From: an uncultured Gammaproteobacteria bacterium
GTDB taxonomy: Bacteria > Pseudomonadota > Gammaproteobacteria > Steroidobacterales > Steroidobacteraceae
Assembly (NCBI GenBank): GCA_963749775.1
Contig: CAVVPB010000003.1
Span: 402,004-466,003, forward strand
DNA: 64,000 nucleotides
Direction of reading: 5' to 3'
The translations under genes and the position numbers were made by a program. The notes under the pieces were generated by a model. It did not search any database and had not been told where the DNA came from. It saw nothing but the letters and a program-made list of their open reading frames with translations. This document shows positions 1-7,830 of the stretch, one piece after another. Each line of letters begins with the position of its first letter. Within the stretch, counting starts at the first letter, position 1.

Positions 1-1
1 C

Positions 2-205
2 CAAAATGGCGCTTTCCCGTTGCCGCGAAGACTGATACTGACGACGACCAGCGACCCCGCTCGTCCGCGACATAGCATGATCTTGACTTGGAATCTTGCG
101 CCCTCTTTTGACGATGGCGCCTTCACTTTCAATCCGCCGAAGGATGCGCATAAGATCGTGCTTGCGAAGCGGGAAGACTCTGACGCCGATGGCAAGAAAA
201 AGTAG
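2..205 (+). CDS. 3' end of a LolA-fold / DUF2092-like periplasmic protein gene (5' part lies outside the window)
   Basis: The frame is open from base 2, so the TTG at 20 in the ORF track is not a real start. The tail ..LILTTTSDPARPRHSMILTWNL..DDGAFTFNPPKDAHKI resembles, from memory, the conserved C-terminus of DUF2092 proteins. Stop at 203-205. Confidence 0.5.
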   Translation, partial: QNGAFPLPRRLILTTTSDPARPRHSMILTWNLAPSFDDGAFTFNPPKDAHKIVLAKREDSDADGKKK

Positions 206-214
206 GAGACTACT

Positions 215-781
215 GTGACACCGCCACTCCGACTGATGATTTCGACCCTGTTGGCGCTGACACTATTCAGCTTGCCACCTACGGCTGATTCGCAGCGAGG
301 CGGCGGCGGCAGGGGCGGGGGTGGAGGCGGAGGAGCTGCACGCACCAGCGTCAATCGCAGTCCAAGCGCGAGCGCAGGCCACAACGCGAACGCAAACCAG
401 GGTGCGAACGCAAACCGCAACGTCAATACAAACCAGAACGCGAACGCAAACCGCAACGTCAATACAAACCAGAACGTGAATGCAAACCGCAACGTCAACG
501 TCAATCAGAACGTGAATGTGAACCGCAATGTCGAGGTCGACGCTCACGGCGGCGGCTACTATGGCGGAGGATGTTGTTACCATCCGGTCGCTACTGCGGC
601 GGCGGTTACCGCCACGGTGGCGGTGACCGCTGCGGTCGTGGGGTCGATCGTCAACACGGTGCCACCTTCTTGTGCCGCGGTGGTGGTCAACGGCCTGACC
701 TACCAGCAGTGCGGGAGCACGTGGTATCAGCCGCAATTCACCGGGACTAGCACGAGCTACGTGGTCGTCAACCCGCCGTAA
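215..781 (+). CDS. Secreted Asn-repeat protein (Gly tract, about 50 residues of N-x alternation, Cys-containing conserved C-terminal module)
   Basis: GTG start 5 nt after AGGAGA. Signal peptide MTPPLRLMISTLLALTLFSLPPTADS. Then GGGGRGGGGGGG, then HNANANQGANANRNVNTNQNANANRNVNTNQNVNANRNVNVNQNVNVNRNV. C-terminus ..VVVNGLTYQQCGSTWYQPQF..YVVVNPP. Confidence 0.75.
   Translation: MTPPLRLMISTLLALTLFSLPPTADSQRGGGGRGGGGGGGAARTSVNRSPSASAGHNANANQGANANRNVNTNQNANANRNVNTNQNVNANRNVNVNQNVNVNRNVEVDAHGGGYYGGGCCYHPVATAAAVTATVAVTAAVVGSIVNTVPPSCAAVVVNGLTYQQCGSTWYQPQFTGTSTSYVVVNPP
383..532 (+). repeat. Coding tandem repeat, 36-bp unit (aacgcgaacgcaaaccgcaacgtcaatacaaaccag = NANANRNVNTNQ), about 4 copies with decay toward the 3' end
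   Basis: Read directly. Two near-identical units lie at about 407-478, flanked by more diverged units. Asn occupies every second codon throughout. Confidence 0.85.
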
Positions 782-816
782 CGCGGTAAGGAAGCGCTAG
801 CTAGGATCCGAGCCGC

Positions 817-999
817 TTAACTGCCCGGGGCACGCACGTTCGCCGCCGCCCAGTCGGACATTTCCGCCTCATGAGCCTCGAGAAACTCGAGCGCCGAAGC
901 CCAGGTGCGTGTGGTAAACCCTTCCGCTTGCAGTATTCGCGCAAGCGCTTCAATCTTTGATTCATCGTCGTTCATTTCGATTGCTACCGGCGTATCCAT
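817..999 (-). pseudogene. N-terminal fragment of a FixJ-type receiver domain (truncated after about 48 residues)
   Basis: VAIEMNDDESKIEALARILQAEGFTTRTWASALEFLEAHE aligns by eye with VVFLLDDEPSVLHALERLLQASGFAVHAWTSACEFLAEHD of the intact regulator at 22658-23356. The phospho-acceptor region and HTH are absent. Confidence 0.45.
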
Positions 1000-1598
1000 G
1001 CGCCGTTCTCCCTAGATTGATTTCCGTCATTCGAACCCGTAAAAATCTGGCCCCGACGTCTTGGATACCCACGACGCCGGGCCAGAAGGGGCGATCGGTC
1101 TTGAAGTCGGGGGTCGACGAACGTCAAATATGTACCGTACGAATGGCGTCGTGCACAAAACTGAAGAGTTACCCTGCACGTTGGTACAAGCATCCATCGG
1201 TTGATCCAAGTCCCTGACTGCCCGAGCGGTAGTCTTGCGCGAACTTTTTAGCGAAACTATTGGATCAAGGACCTATTTGCGTATTCGTCGAAATTCAGAA
1301 TGAACCTGAAAATCGACGCATTGGCGCTTTTGGCAATGTCTCGCCAATCCGCTTGCGCCCTTTATCTACCGCGATCGCTTGACTTTCCCAAACCGGCCAG
1401 CAGGAAGCCGCGACAGCCGAATTGATTTGCGCAGTACGGGGAAAATGCGATATATAAGCGCAATAAGCTAAATAATGTTACATAATACAGTGCCTTGCAA
1501 GATGGGAGGCGGGACGCATTGGTAGAGGTCGTTCATAATCGGCCCTCTGCCATTACAGATCGACGCCGGGCGCGACGTGCGCCCCAAAGAGCGATGTC

Positions 1599-3571
1599 AT
1601 GGAGGATGGGGATTGGCTGATTGATGCCGTACGGCGGATGTTGCAGGCCGCGCCCGTAGCGTTGTTCGGCTGCTTGGCGTCTGCCCTGGTACTGCTCGGA
1701 AGCGAGCTTTACGCCGCTGAGCGTAATGACAGCGCACCGATCCGTATCCTGTTGCTCCACCCGGACGACTTGCACGCCCGTCAGGTGATAGCGGCGGATG
1801 CAGCCACTCGCAGTGCGCTAAGTGCGGCGCTGCGCCAGCCCCTCGAATTTAACTCCGAAGGCTTTGAGACCTTGCGATTGGCGGGAACACGATTGCAGGA
1901 GCCGGCATTCATCGAGCAGCTCCTCGAGAAGTACGCATCCCATCCTCCCGATCTGATCATCACGCACGCGGAAATGTTTAGCGTCGTGATGCGACACCGT
2001 GCAGAGCTTTGGCCGCAAACGCCGCTGATGTTTGTCGACGTGGCCGAGCAGCGTGTGCGCGCCGGTGAAGTGCCCGCGGGTATTCCGCGAGTAAGCGTCG
2101 ATGTGGATTTTGCCGGAACGCTTGAACTGGCGCGGCGCTTGCAACCGGAGGCGCGACGCGCGCTGGTCGTGTTTGGCACAACCGACCACGACCAATATTG
2201 GGGCCAGTATGTGATGCGTATGCTGGAGCCCTTTAGGAAGCGACATCGCGATCGAAGCAACTGACAAGCTTCCGATGGATGAGATCCTAAATGCGGTGGC
2301 GTCAGTCGATCGCAATACGATAGTGATCTATGTCAGTGTGGTGCGCGATCAAAGCGGTCAAGCCTACGTAAGCCAAGATGTCGCGCGAAGACTTGCTGAA
2401 ACATCGAAGGCACCCATGTACTCGGGCTACGGGTCACTCATGGGCCTCGGGATCGTGGGGGGGCTGATCACCCGAGCGAGCGATTCAAAAGCCTACGCGG
2501 TCGGCGAAATCGCCCGGCGGCTTCTCAATGGAGAACCCGCGGCGGACATTCCGCATGCGCCGGTGACGCAACCCGGCTGCGCGATCGATTGGAGAGCCGT
2601 TCAACGTTGGCATCTCGATGAATCGCGAATCCCAACGCTCGTGTCGGATCCTTTTCCGCGAAGCGTCTTTCATCTCGAGGCATCAAACTGAAGTGATGGC
2701 GCTGGTCGTCTTGGCCGCAATCCTCGGCAGCCTGTTGACCGGATGGCTGCGACAGCGCCGCCGGGGCGCAAGGGCAGAGGCGCAAGTGGAGCAGCAACGC
2801 GAAGAACTCGCTCACGCCGACCGGTTGGTCTCGGCGGGTCAGTTGACGGCTTCAATCACCCATGAGCTCAACCAATCCCTGACGGCGATTCTCAGCAACG
2901 CCGAGGCAGGCTCGATTCTCCTGTCACAGGATAATCCTCCGCTCGGCGAAATAAAGCAGATACTCGAGGATATCGGGGCCGATGATTTGCGGGCGGCCGA
3001 GGTCATCCGGCGACTTCGGAGTCTTTTGACCAAGAATGTGGTGGAAGTGCAGTCCGTTGACCCCAATGAGATCATTTCGGAAACGCTGAAGCTGCTGGAG
3101 CCCTTAACGAAGTCGCTGCAAATAACCGTCACTACCCGGCTGGTGGATCCCGCCCCGGTGCTCGAAGGCGATCGCGTCCAGTTGCAGCAGGTTCTGCTGA
3201 ATTTGCTGATGAACGCCATTGAAGCAACGAAGGATTCGTCACTCGAGCGCCGACAGATCAGTATCCATAGCGACGTGGATTCCGAAAGCAATTACAGCGT
3301 TTCGATTTCGGACAGCGGGCCGGGCATCCCGCCCGAGCAGATTGCGAATTTGTTCAAGCCGTTCTTTTCCACAAAGCCCAAGGGTATGGGTCTCGGACTG
3401 TTCCTGGTACGCACCATCGTCGAGGCCCACAGGGGTCAAGTCGGCGCCACAAGCGATGGGGTTGGCGCGACCTTTCACGTAACCATTCCCTTCGAAAAAA
3501 ATCGGTTCACCGGTGCGCTCTTGGGGCACATCACCGGGCCGCAGAGCGAGAATCTTGGGGCTGCGTCTTGA
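1599..3571 (+). pseudogene. Sensor histidine kinase (periplasmic ABC-substrate-binding-like domain, TM, HisKA, HATPase) interrupted by two frameshifts
   Basis: ORFs 1599-2264 (frame 3), 2275-2691 (frame 1) and 2618-3571 (frame 2) read as one protein when joined near 2235 (..MLEPF|GSDIAIEATDKLPMDEIL..) and near 2645. TM VMALVVLAAILGSLLTGWL. H-box SITHELNQSLTAILSNAEAG. Also LLMNAIEAT, DSGPGIP and GMGLGLFLVRTIVEAH. Confidence 0.7.
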
Positions 3572-3657
3572 GTACGCAGAGCGAATGCGCGCAATTGTGC
3601 GTGGCGAGATCGCGGGTGTCGTAATAACAATGAGGAGCCCAAGGGTATATGGGAATC

Positions 3658-3669
3658 AGACCTAGGTCT
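3658..3669. promoter_or_regulatory. Perfect 12-bp palindrome AGACCTAGGTCT (GGACC-WW-GGTCC box family)
   Basis: 59 nt upstream of the GTG of the MASE1 kinase gene. The context GGAATCAGACCTAGGTCTAACC resembles the reverse complement of the copy at 24168. Confidence 0.5.
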
Positions 3670-3727
3670 AACCTGCCGGCGCCTCCGCTGTCGCGCTAAG
3701 ATCAAGCGCGGGTGCCAGCGCAACGCC

Positions 3728-6247
3728 GTGTCTCTTAGAGTAGCTGCCGCTATGAGGAAGGACGCCAGTTTCGCATCTCAAGCCCTATCCGGCGACCATT
3801 CGGGTGCTGAAGACGGGCCGGACATCCGACCGATTGTCATCGGCAAATTGCAGCCGCCGGGGGAACCCACGGTTCGCGCAGCCGCCTGCGTCGCCGTTGC
3901 ATACTATCTAGCGGCGGAGCTCGGGGCTGCACTGGCATTTCCTTCGGCCTCGGTTTCCATGTTGTGGGCCCCCAACGCCATCCTGCTGGCCGCACTGGTT
4001 CTCGCCAAGCGCAAGACCTGGTGGGTCTACCTGGCCATGGTGCTGCCCGCGCACCTACTGGCACAGCTGCCCGACGTATCGATACAGATCGTTGCAATTC
4101 AATACATCGTCAATTGCTCCACCGCACTGATTGGCGCCTTCGCGCTATCCGCCTTCGCGCCGGACGCCGCACGTTTCAATACCCTGAAAGCGGCGATCGG
4201 GCTGATCGCGTTCGGCGCGCTGCTGGCCTCCGTTTCAACCAGTATCCTGCTGGCGGCGGCTTTTCTCGCCCTGGGCGTGATCCACACCTTCTGGGTCACC
4301 GTGTTCGCGCGCACTCTGACCAACGCGTTTGCAATACTCACCCTGGTGCCGCTCATTGTGCGTGCGGCAAACTGGATTCGCACCGGCGGCCGACCGGTGC
4401 CGGCCATGCGGGCAGCCGAGGGGTGCCTGCTATTCGTGACCATCGCTGCCGTCGGGATCGCGGTGTTCGCCGCACCGGTCATTGGTCTGACCAATTCGTC
4501 GGCGATCCTGTATGCGCCGTTGCCGATTTTACTGTGGGCGGCGATGCGTTTTGGCGTCGTCGGGGCGTGCGGCTCGATCCTGCTGTTGGGATCACTCGCC
4601 ACTTGGGGCCTTGTGAACGGCATGGGACCGTTCATTGCACTATCGCCGCCACAGAATGCCTTGTCCCTGGTGCTCTATTTCGTCGCTCTGTGCACGCCAC
4701 TGCTGCTGCTGGCCGCAGCGCTCGAGGAACGCGATGCATTGCAGTCGGCGAAGGGACCCATGCAGGCGCGGTTTCGAACGCTGTTTGCCCGAAATATCGT
4801 CCCGACCATCATTTGGCGTAGCGGCGGGCACATCCTTGATGCCAACGATGCTTTCTATCGCCTGACGGGATTTGAGCCAACCGATCTGGATGACGGCCAG
4901 ATTCAACTTCCATCATTGAGCGCGAGCACGGCGCAGTTGCCCGCGGAAACGAGCGATGCAAAATCCTGGATGCCGGATAGTGATTTGCAGGAGCGCGAAC
5001 TCGTGCTTCGCGACGGCCGCAAGAATCCGGTCTTGGTGCAGACATTGCCACTTCCCGGGCAGTCGAATGAACGACTCTCGTTTGCTCTGGATCTATCGCC
5101 TATTCGACGCGCTGAGGAAGCGCGCCACCGGGCCGATTTGCTGCATACCGCGATTCTTGGCTCCATCCGCGACCAGATCGTGGTGTTGGATGCCGCCGGA
5201 ATCATCATCGATGCAAATGATTCGTGGCGACGCTTCGTCGAGTGCGCCGCGATTCGTCCCTTCGAAAGCGCGCGCATCGGTAGCCAGTACTTGGAGCTAT
5301 GCGCGGCGGCGGCGGCGAATGGTGACGCCGTGGCCGCGGATCTGCTGGCGGCGGTTCGTGATGTACTCGACGGAATGAACGCGCGGCGGCGGCTTGAACT
5401 TGCCATTGAAACGGCCGACGGATTGTTGTGGTTCGAAATTTGCATAGAACCGTTGCGGCGTTCGGAGGGCGGGGCCGTCATCATTCGGTCGGATATCACC
5501 GAACGCAAGACAGCCACCCTACAGGCGGGCGAACAACGTCAGCAATTGGCGCTGCTCGGCCGCGCCGCAGTTCTGGGGGAACTCTCCGGCGCCTTCGCGC
5601 ATGAACTCAATCAACCCCTTACCTCGATTCTCGGTAATGCCGAGGCGGCTCTTCAGCTGTTGATGCGCGACTCTGCCGATTTACCTGAAATTCGCGACAT
5701 CTTGCGCGACATCATCCAGGACGATGTACGCGCCGCCGAGGTCATTCAGCGGCTGCGCTCGATGCTGGCCAGGGGCGAAATACAGCGCCAGCCCGTGGAC
5801 CTGAATCAGGTCGTGCGCGAGGTTTTGGAGCTTGCGCACAGCGACCTAATCACTCGGGGCGTCTCGGTCGGCATGCAGCTCGATCCCAATGCAGCGCGGG
5901 TACTTGCCGATAAAGTCCAAATGCAGCAGGTCGCTCTGAACCTCATCGTCAATGCGTGCGAGGCGATGTCCGGCGTGGTAGCATCCGAAAGAAAGCTTAC
6001 TATCGCAACGCAGCTTGCCGGCGACGGCAGCTTCATTGAGTGTTCCTTCTCCGACGCAGGGCGCGGCATCCCCTCGGGCGATCTGGAACGAATTTTTCAG
6101 CCCTTCGTGACGACCAAGAAACAAGGCTTGGGGCTTGGACTCGCGATCTGCCGCTCAATTGTCGAGGCGCACGGCGGCCGCCTGTGGGCTGAGCATGGGC
6201 CGAATGGCGGTGCCATCTTTCGGTTCACGGCCAGAATCAATGCATAG
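3728..6247 (+). CDS. MASE1-like membrane domain / PAS / PAS sensor histidine kinase
   Basis: 839-aa ORF. Polytopic N-terminal region ..VAVAYYLAAELGAALAFPSASVSMLWAPNAILLAALVL.. (MASE1-like). PAS-like segments. H-box FAHELNQPLTSILGNAEAA. Also LIVNACEAM, DAGRGIP and GLGLGLAICRSIVEAHGG. Start is GTG 3728 or ATG 3752. Confidence 0.85.
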   Translation: MSLRVAAAMRKDASFASQALSGDHSGAEDGPDIRPIVIGKLQPPGEPTVRAAACVAVAYYLAAELGAALAFPSASVSMLWAPNAILLAALVLAKRKTWWVYLAMVLPAHLLAQLPDVSIQIVAIQYIVNCSTALIGAFALSAFAPDAARFNTLKAAIGLIAFGALLASVSTSILLAAAFLALGVIHTFWVTVFARTLTNAFAILTLVPLIVRAANWIRTGGRPVPAMRAAEGCLLFVTIAAVGIAVFAAPVIGLTNSSAILYAPLPILLWAAMRFGVVGACGSILLLGSLATWGLVNGMGPFIALSPPQNALSLVLYFVALCTPLLLLAAALEERDALQSAKGPMQARFRTLFARNIVPTIIWRSGGHILDANDAFYRLTGFEPTDLDDGQIQLPSLSASTAQLPAETSDAKSWMPDSDLQERELVLRDGRKNPVLVQTLPLPGQSNERLSFALDLSPIRRAEEARHRADLLHTAILGSIRDQIVVLDAAGIIIDANDSWRRFVECAAIRPFESARIGSQYLELCAAAAANGDAVAADLLAAVRDVLDGMNARRRLELAIETADGLLWFEICIEPLRRSEGGAVIIRSDITERKTATLQAGEQRQQLALLGRAAVLGELSGAFAHELNQPLTSILGNAEAALQLLMRDSADLPEIRDILRDIIQDDVRAAEVIQRLRSMLARGEIQRQPVDLNQVVREVLELAHSDLITRGVSVGMQLDPNAARVLADKVQMQQVALNLIVNACEAMSGVVASERKLTIATQLAGDGSFIECSFSDAGRGIPSGDLERIFQPFVTTKKQGLGLGLAICRSIVEAHGGRLWAEHGPNGGAIFRFTARINA

Positions 6248-6298
6248 GACGAAGATCCACTATCGCTCGGCGGACGCGCGGGCGCCCAATGATGCACC

Positions 6299-6691
6299 AT
6301 GAGCACGGTGCGGCCACTCATTGCGATCGTCGATGACGAAGAGTCCGTCAGGCGCGCGCTGTCGCGCACGCTGCGCGCATCGCGCTTTGATGTCATGGTT
6401 TTCGCGTCCGGTCAGGAATTTCTTGATTCGATAGATACGCGTCGCCCCGACTGCGTGGTGCTGGATTTTCAGATGCCCGGGCTCACCGGCCGCGATGTGC
6501 AACGGCAATTGACTCTTGCCAAAATAAAATTGCCGATCATTGTTGTTACAGCGCATGACCAGCCAGCCATTCGTGAACAGTGCCTCGCCGACGGCGCGAT
6601 TGCCTATCTTGCAAAGCCGCTGCGCCGCGAACACCTGATTGCGATGATCAATTCAGCGTTGCACGAGAGCGATAGTGAGGCCAGCACTTAA
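6299..6691 (+). CDS. Single-domain response regulator (receiver only)
   Basis: IAIVDDEESVRRAL, CVVLDFQMPGLTG, IIVVTAHD and YLAKP. No output domain. Starts 51 nt after the kinase stop. Confidence 0.85.
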   Translation: MSTVRPLIAIVDDEESVRRALSRTLRASRFDVMVFASGQEFLDSIDTRRPDCVVLDFQMPGLTGRDVQRQLTLAKIKLPIIVVTAHDQPAIREQCLADGAIAYLAKPLRREHLIAMINSALHESDSEAST

Positions 6692-6699
6692 TCTCGGCC

Positions 6700-6944
6700 T
6701 TACGGGATGCGCAATTTTTGACCTGGGAATATCTCTTCGCTTTCCGAGAGTACATCACGATTCGCTTCGAGAAGCGTGGCGGCGTGCCTTGAATCGCCGT
6801 AGTGCGCTTCGGCGATTTTGGATAACGTCTCGCCGCGCTTTACAATGTGATACTGCAGGAAATTCTCGAAATCCGGGCGGCACCGGGTTCGAGTGGAGCA
6901 AATTCGGCCTGCGAATCATGGAATGATCGCTCTATGCCCGGCAT
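6700..6944 (-). pseudogene. LysM-domain ORF without a clean start (not in the ORF track; probable frameshift near 6877)
   Basis: The minus strand of 6703-6852 translates to YHIVKRGETLSKIAEAHYGDSRHAATLLEANRDVLSESEEIFPGQKLRIP followed by TAA (6700-6702). This is a textbook LysM as in YgaU/Kbp C-termini. That frame has no start codon. An ATG at 6944 (another frame) or AGGAG-N8-ATG at 7012 (third frame) could be the original start. Confidence 0.4.
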
Positions 6945-7567
6945 CGAACAGCGATGGGGCTCTCGCGCGGCGCACTCAATCCACGCAGCGTCGCAGATAA
7001 TTCTAGACGCATCGTCTTTTCTCCTCGCTCGGGTTCACCTATTTCACGCTGTAACCGCGCCCTTGCATGCAAGCGCCGAACAGTGCGCTGATAGTCGCTG
7101 AGTTTTTGGTTGGCGGCAGCCTGCTGCGCGGCCTGCTGCTGCAGAGCGGCTTGCTGCGCCTGCTGTTGCGCTTGCTCTTGCTTGCGCTTGCGCGCACCGC
7201 CGCCCACCGCGCCCACCGCGGCTCCGATCGCCGCTCCTTTGCCGGCATTGCCTGCGATCGCGCCGAGCGCGGCTCCCCCGGCCGCACCGCCAACAGTGCC
7301 TCTGGCAACTTGGCCGTCGGACGCGGGGGGCGCCGTCTGGGCCTGCTGCGTCTGCTGAGCCTGCTGCGCCTGTTGTTGCTGTAAGACTTTGACGGGGTCA
7401 TAGCCGGTCTGCTGCGTGGCCCAGGTGTTGCACTCGGACTTGTCTTTTTGCATCTGCTCATCGCTTTGGCCATTGGCCGGATATATGGCAGGCGGACTTG
7501 GCGCGGCCGTCGGCGCAGGAGTCTGCGCAAAGGCTTCGGCAGCTGCGTAAAGCACCAATAGGTGCAA
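6932..7567 (-). CDS. Secreted Gln/Ala-rich glycine-zipper protein. The native C-terminus probably lies in another frame, ending at 7039.
   Basis: ..GQSDEQMQKDKSECNTWATQQTGYDP.., then the glycine zipper GTVGGAAGGAALGAIAGNAGKGAAIGAAVGAVGGG. After ..KLSDYQR (about 7083) the family-typical tail ALFGACMQGRGYSVK* is encoded in the +1 frame (stop 7039-7041). The listed frame instead runs on as RTVRRLHARARL... TTG start, weak signal peptide. Confidence 0.55.
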   Translation of the reverse strand: MHLLVLYAAAEAFAQTPAPTAAPSPPAIYPANGQSDEQMQKDKSECNTWATQQTGYDPVKVLQQQQAQQAQQTQQAQTAPPASDGQVARGTVGGAAGGAALGAIAGNAGKGAAIGAAVGAVGGGARKRKQEQAQQQAQQAALQQQAAQQAAANQKLSDYQRTVRRLHARARLQREIGEPERGEKTMRLELSATLRGLSAPRESPIAVRCRA

Positions 7568-7656
7568 ACCGAGTGAATTCCAGCGCGACGCAACAAGTCA
7601 ATCTCCCCGCATGTCGATCTAGTCTGAATAACGAAATACGGCGAAGCGGAGCGCCT

Positions 7657-7750
7657 TGCCATCGGACTTTGGTCCCATCGCCGTCGCTGCCATCGGAACG
7701 TGGTCGCTTCGCGGTCGCTGCCACTGGCACTTTGATCCCATCACAGTGAC
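7657..7750. repeat. Three tandem degenerate repeats of about 31 bp, each carrying a GGAC..GGTC-type half or full box
   Basis: tgccatcggactttggtcccatcgccgtcgc / tgccatcggaacgtggtcgcttcgcggtcgc / tgccactggcactttgatcccatcacagtgac. They lie in the divergent promoter region between 7567(-) and 7831(+). Confidence 0.7.
7664..7675. promoter_or_regulatory. GGACTTTGGTCC box
   Basis: The context CATCGGACTTTGGTCCCATCG is nearly identical to CATCGGACCTAGGTCCCATCG at 11371-11391. It lies 97 nt upstream of the glycine-zipper gene and 156 nt upstream of the GH63-like gene. Confidence 0.5.
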
Positions 7751-7830
7751 TACCATAGGGCTTAGGTCCAATTCCAGCCGCGATCCTTGACTGGTATTTC
7801 TACAAGATCACCTACGAGAAGGACGAGCGC

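Noticed and set aside
263-736. 157-aa ORF antisense to the Asn-repeat gene
   Set aside because: It mirrors the repeat codons (aac/gtt) on the opposite strand. It has no RBS, signal or domain features. The sense ORF has an RBS, a signal peptide and a conserved C-terminus.
1020-1050. tRNA-like GGGTTCGAAT on the minus strand
   Set aside because: The flanking bases (ACGGG ... GACGG) cannot form a T-stem. No acceptor or anticodon arms could be drawn.
957-1217. Several 60-86-aa ORFs on both strands in the 1000-1598 gap
   Set aside because: They have no RBS and an Arg/Pro/Ser-rich composition typical of random GC-rich frames, and they overlap one another. I treat the region as non-coding.
7067-7384. 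ORFs 7067-7384 and 7110-7358 (plus strand) opposite the glycine-zipper gene
   Set aside because: Low-complexity Leu/Arg or Ala/Cys/Pro strings generated by the reverse complement of the CAG/GCN-rich sense codons.
7657-7750. Tandem 31-bp repeats as a possible CRISPR array
   Set aside because: There are only three contiguous, degenerate units with no unique spacers and no cas genes. They fit duplicated operator modules better.
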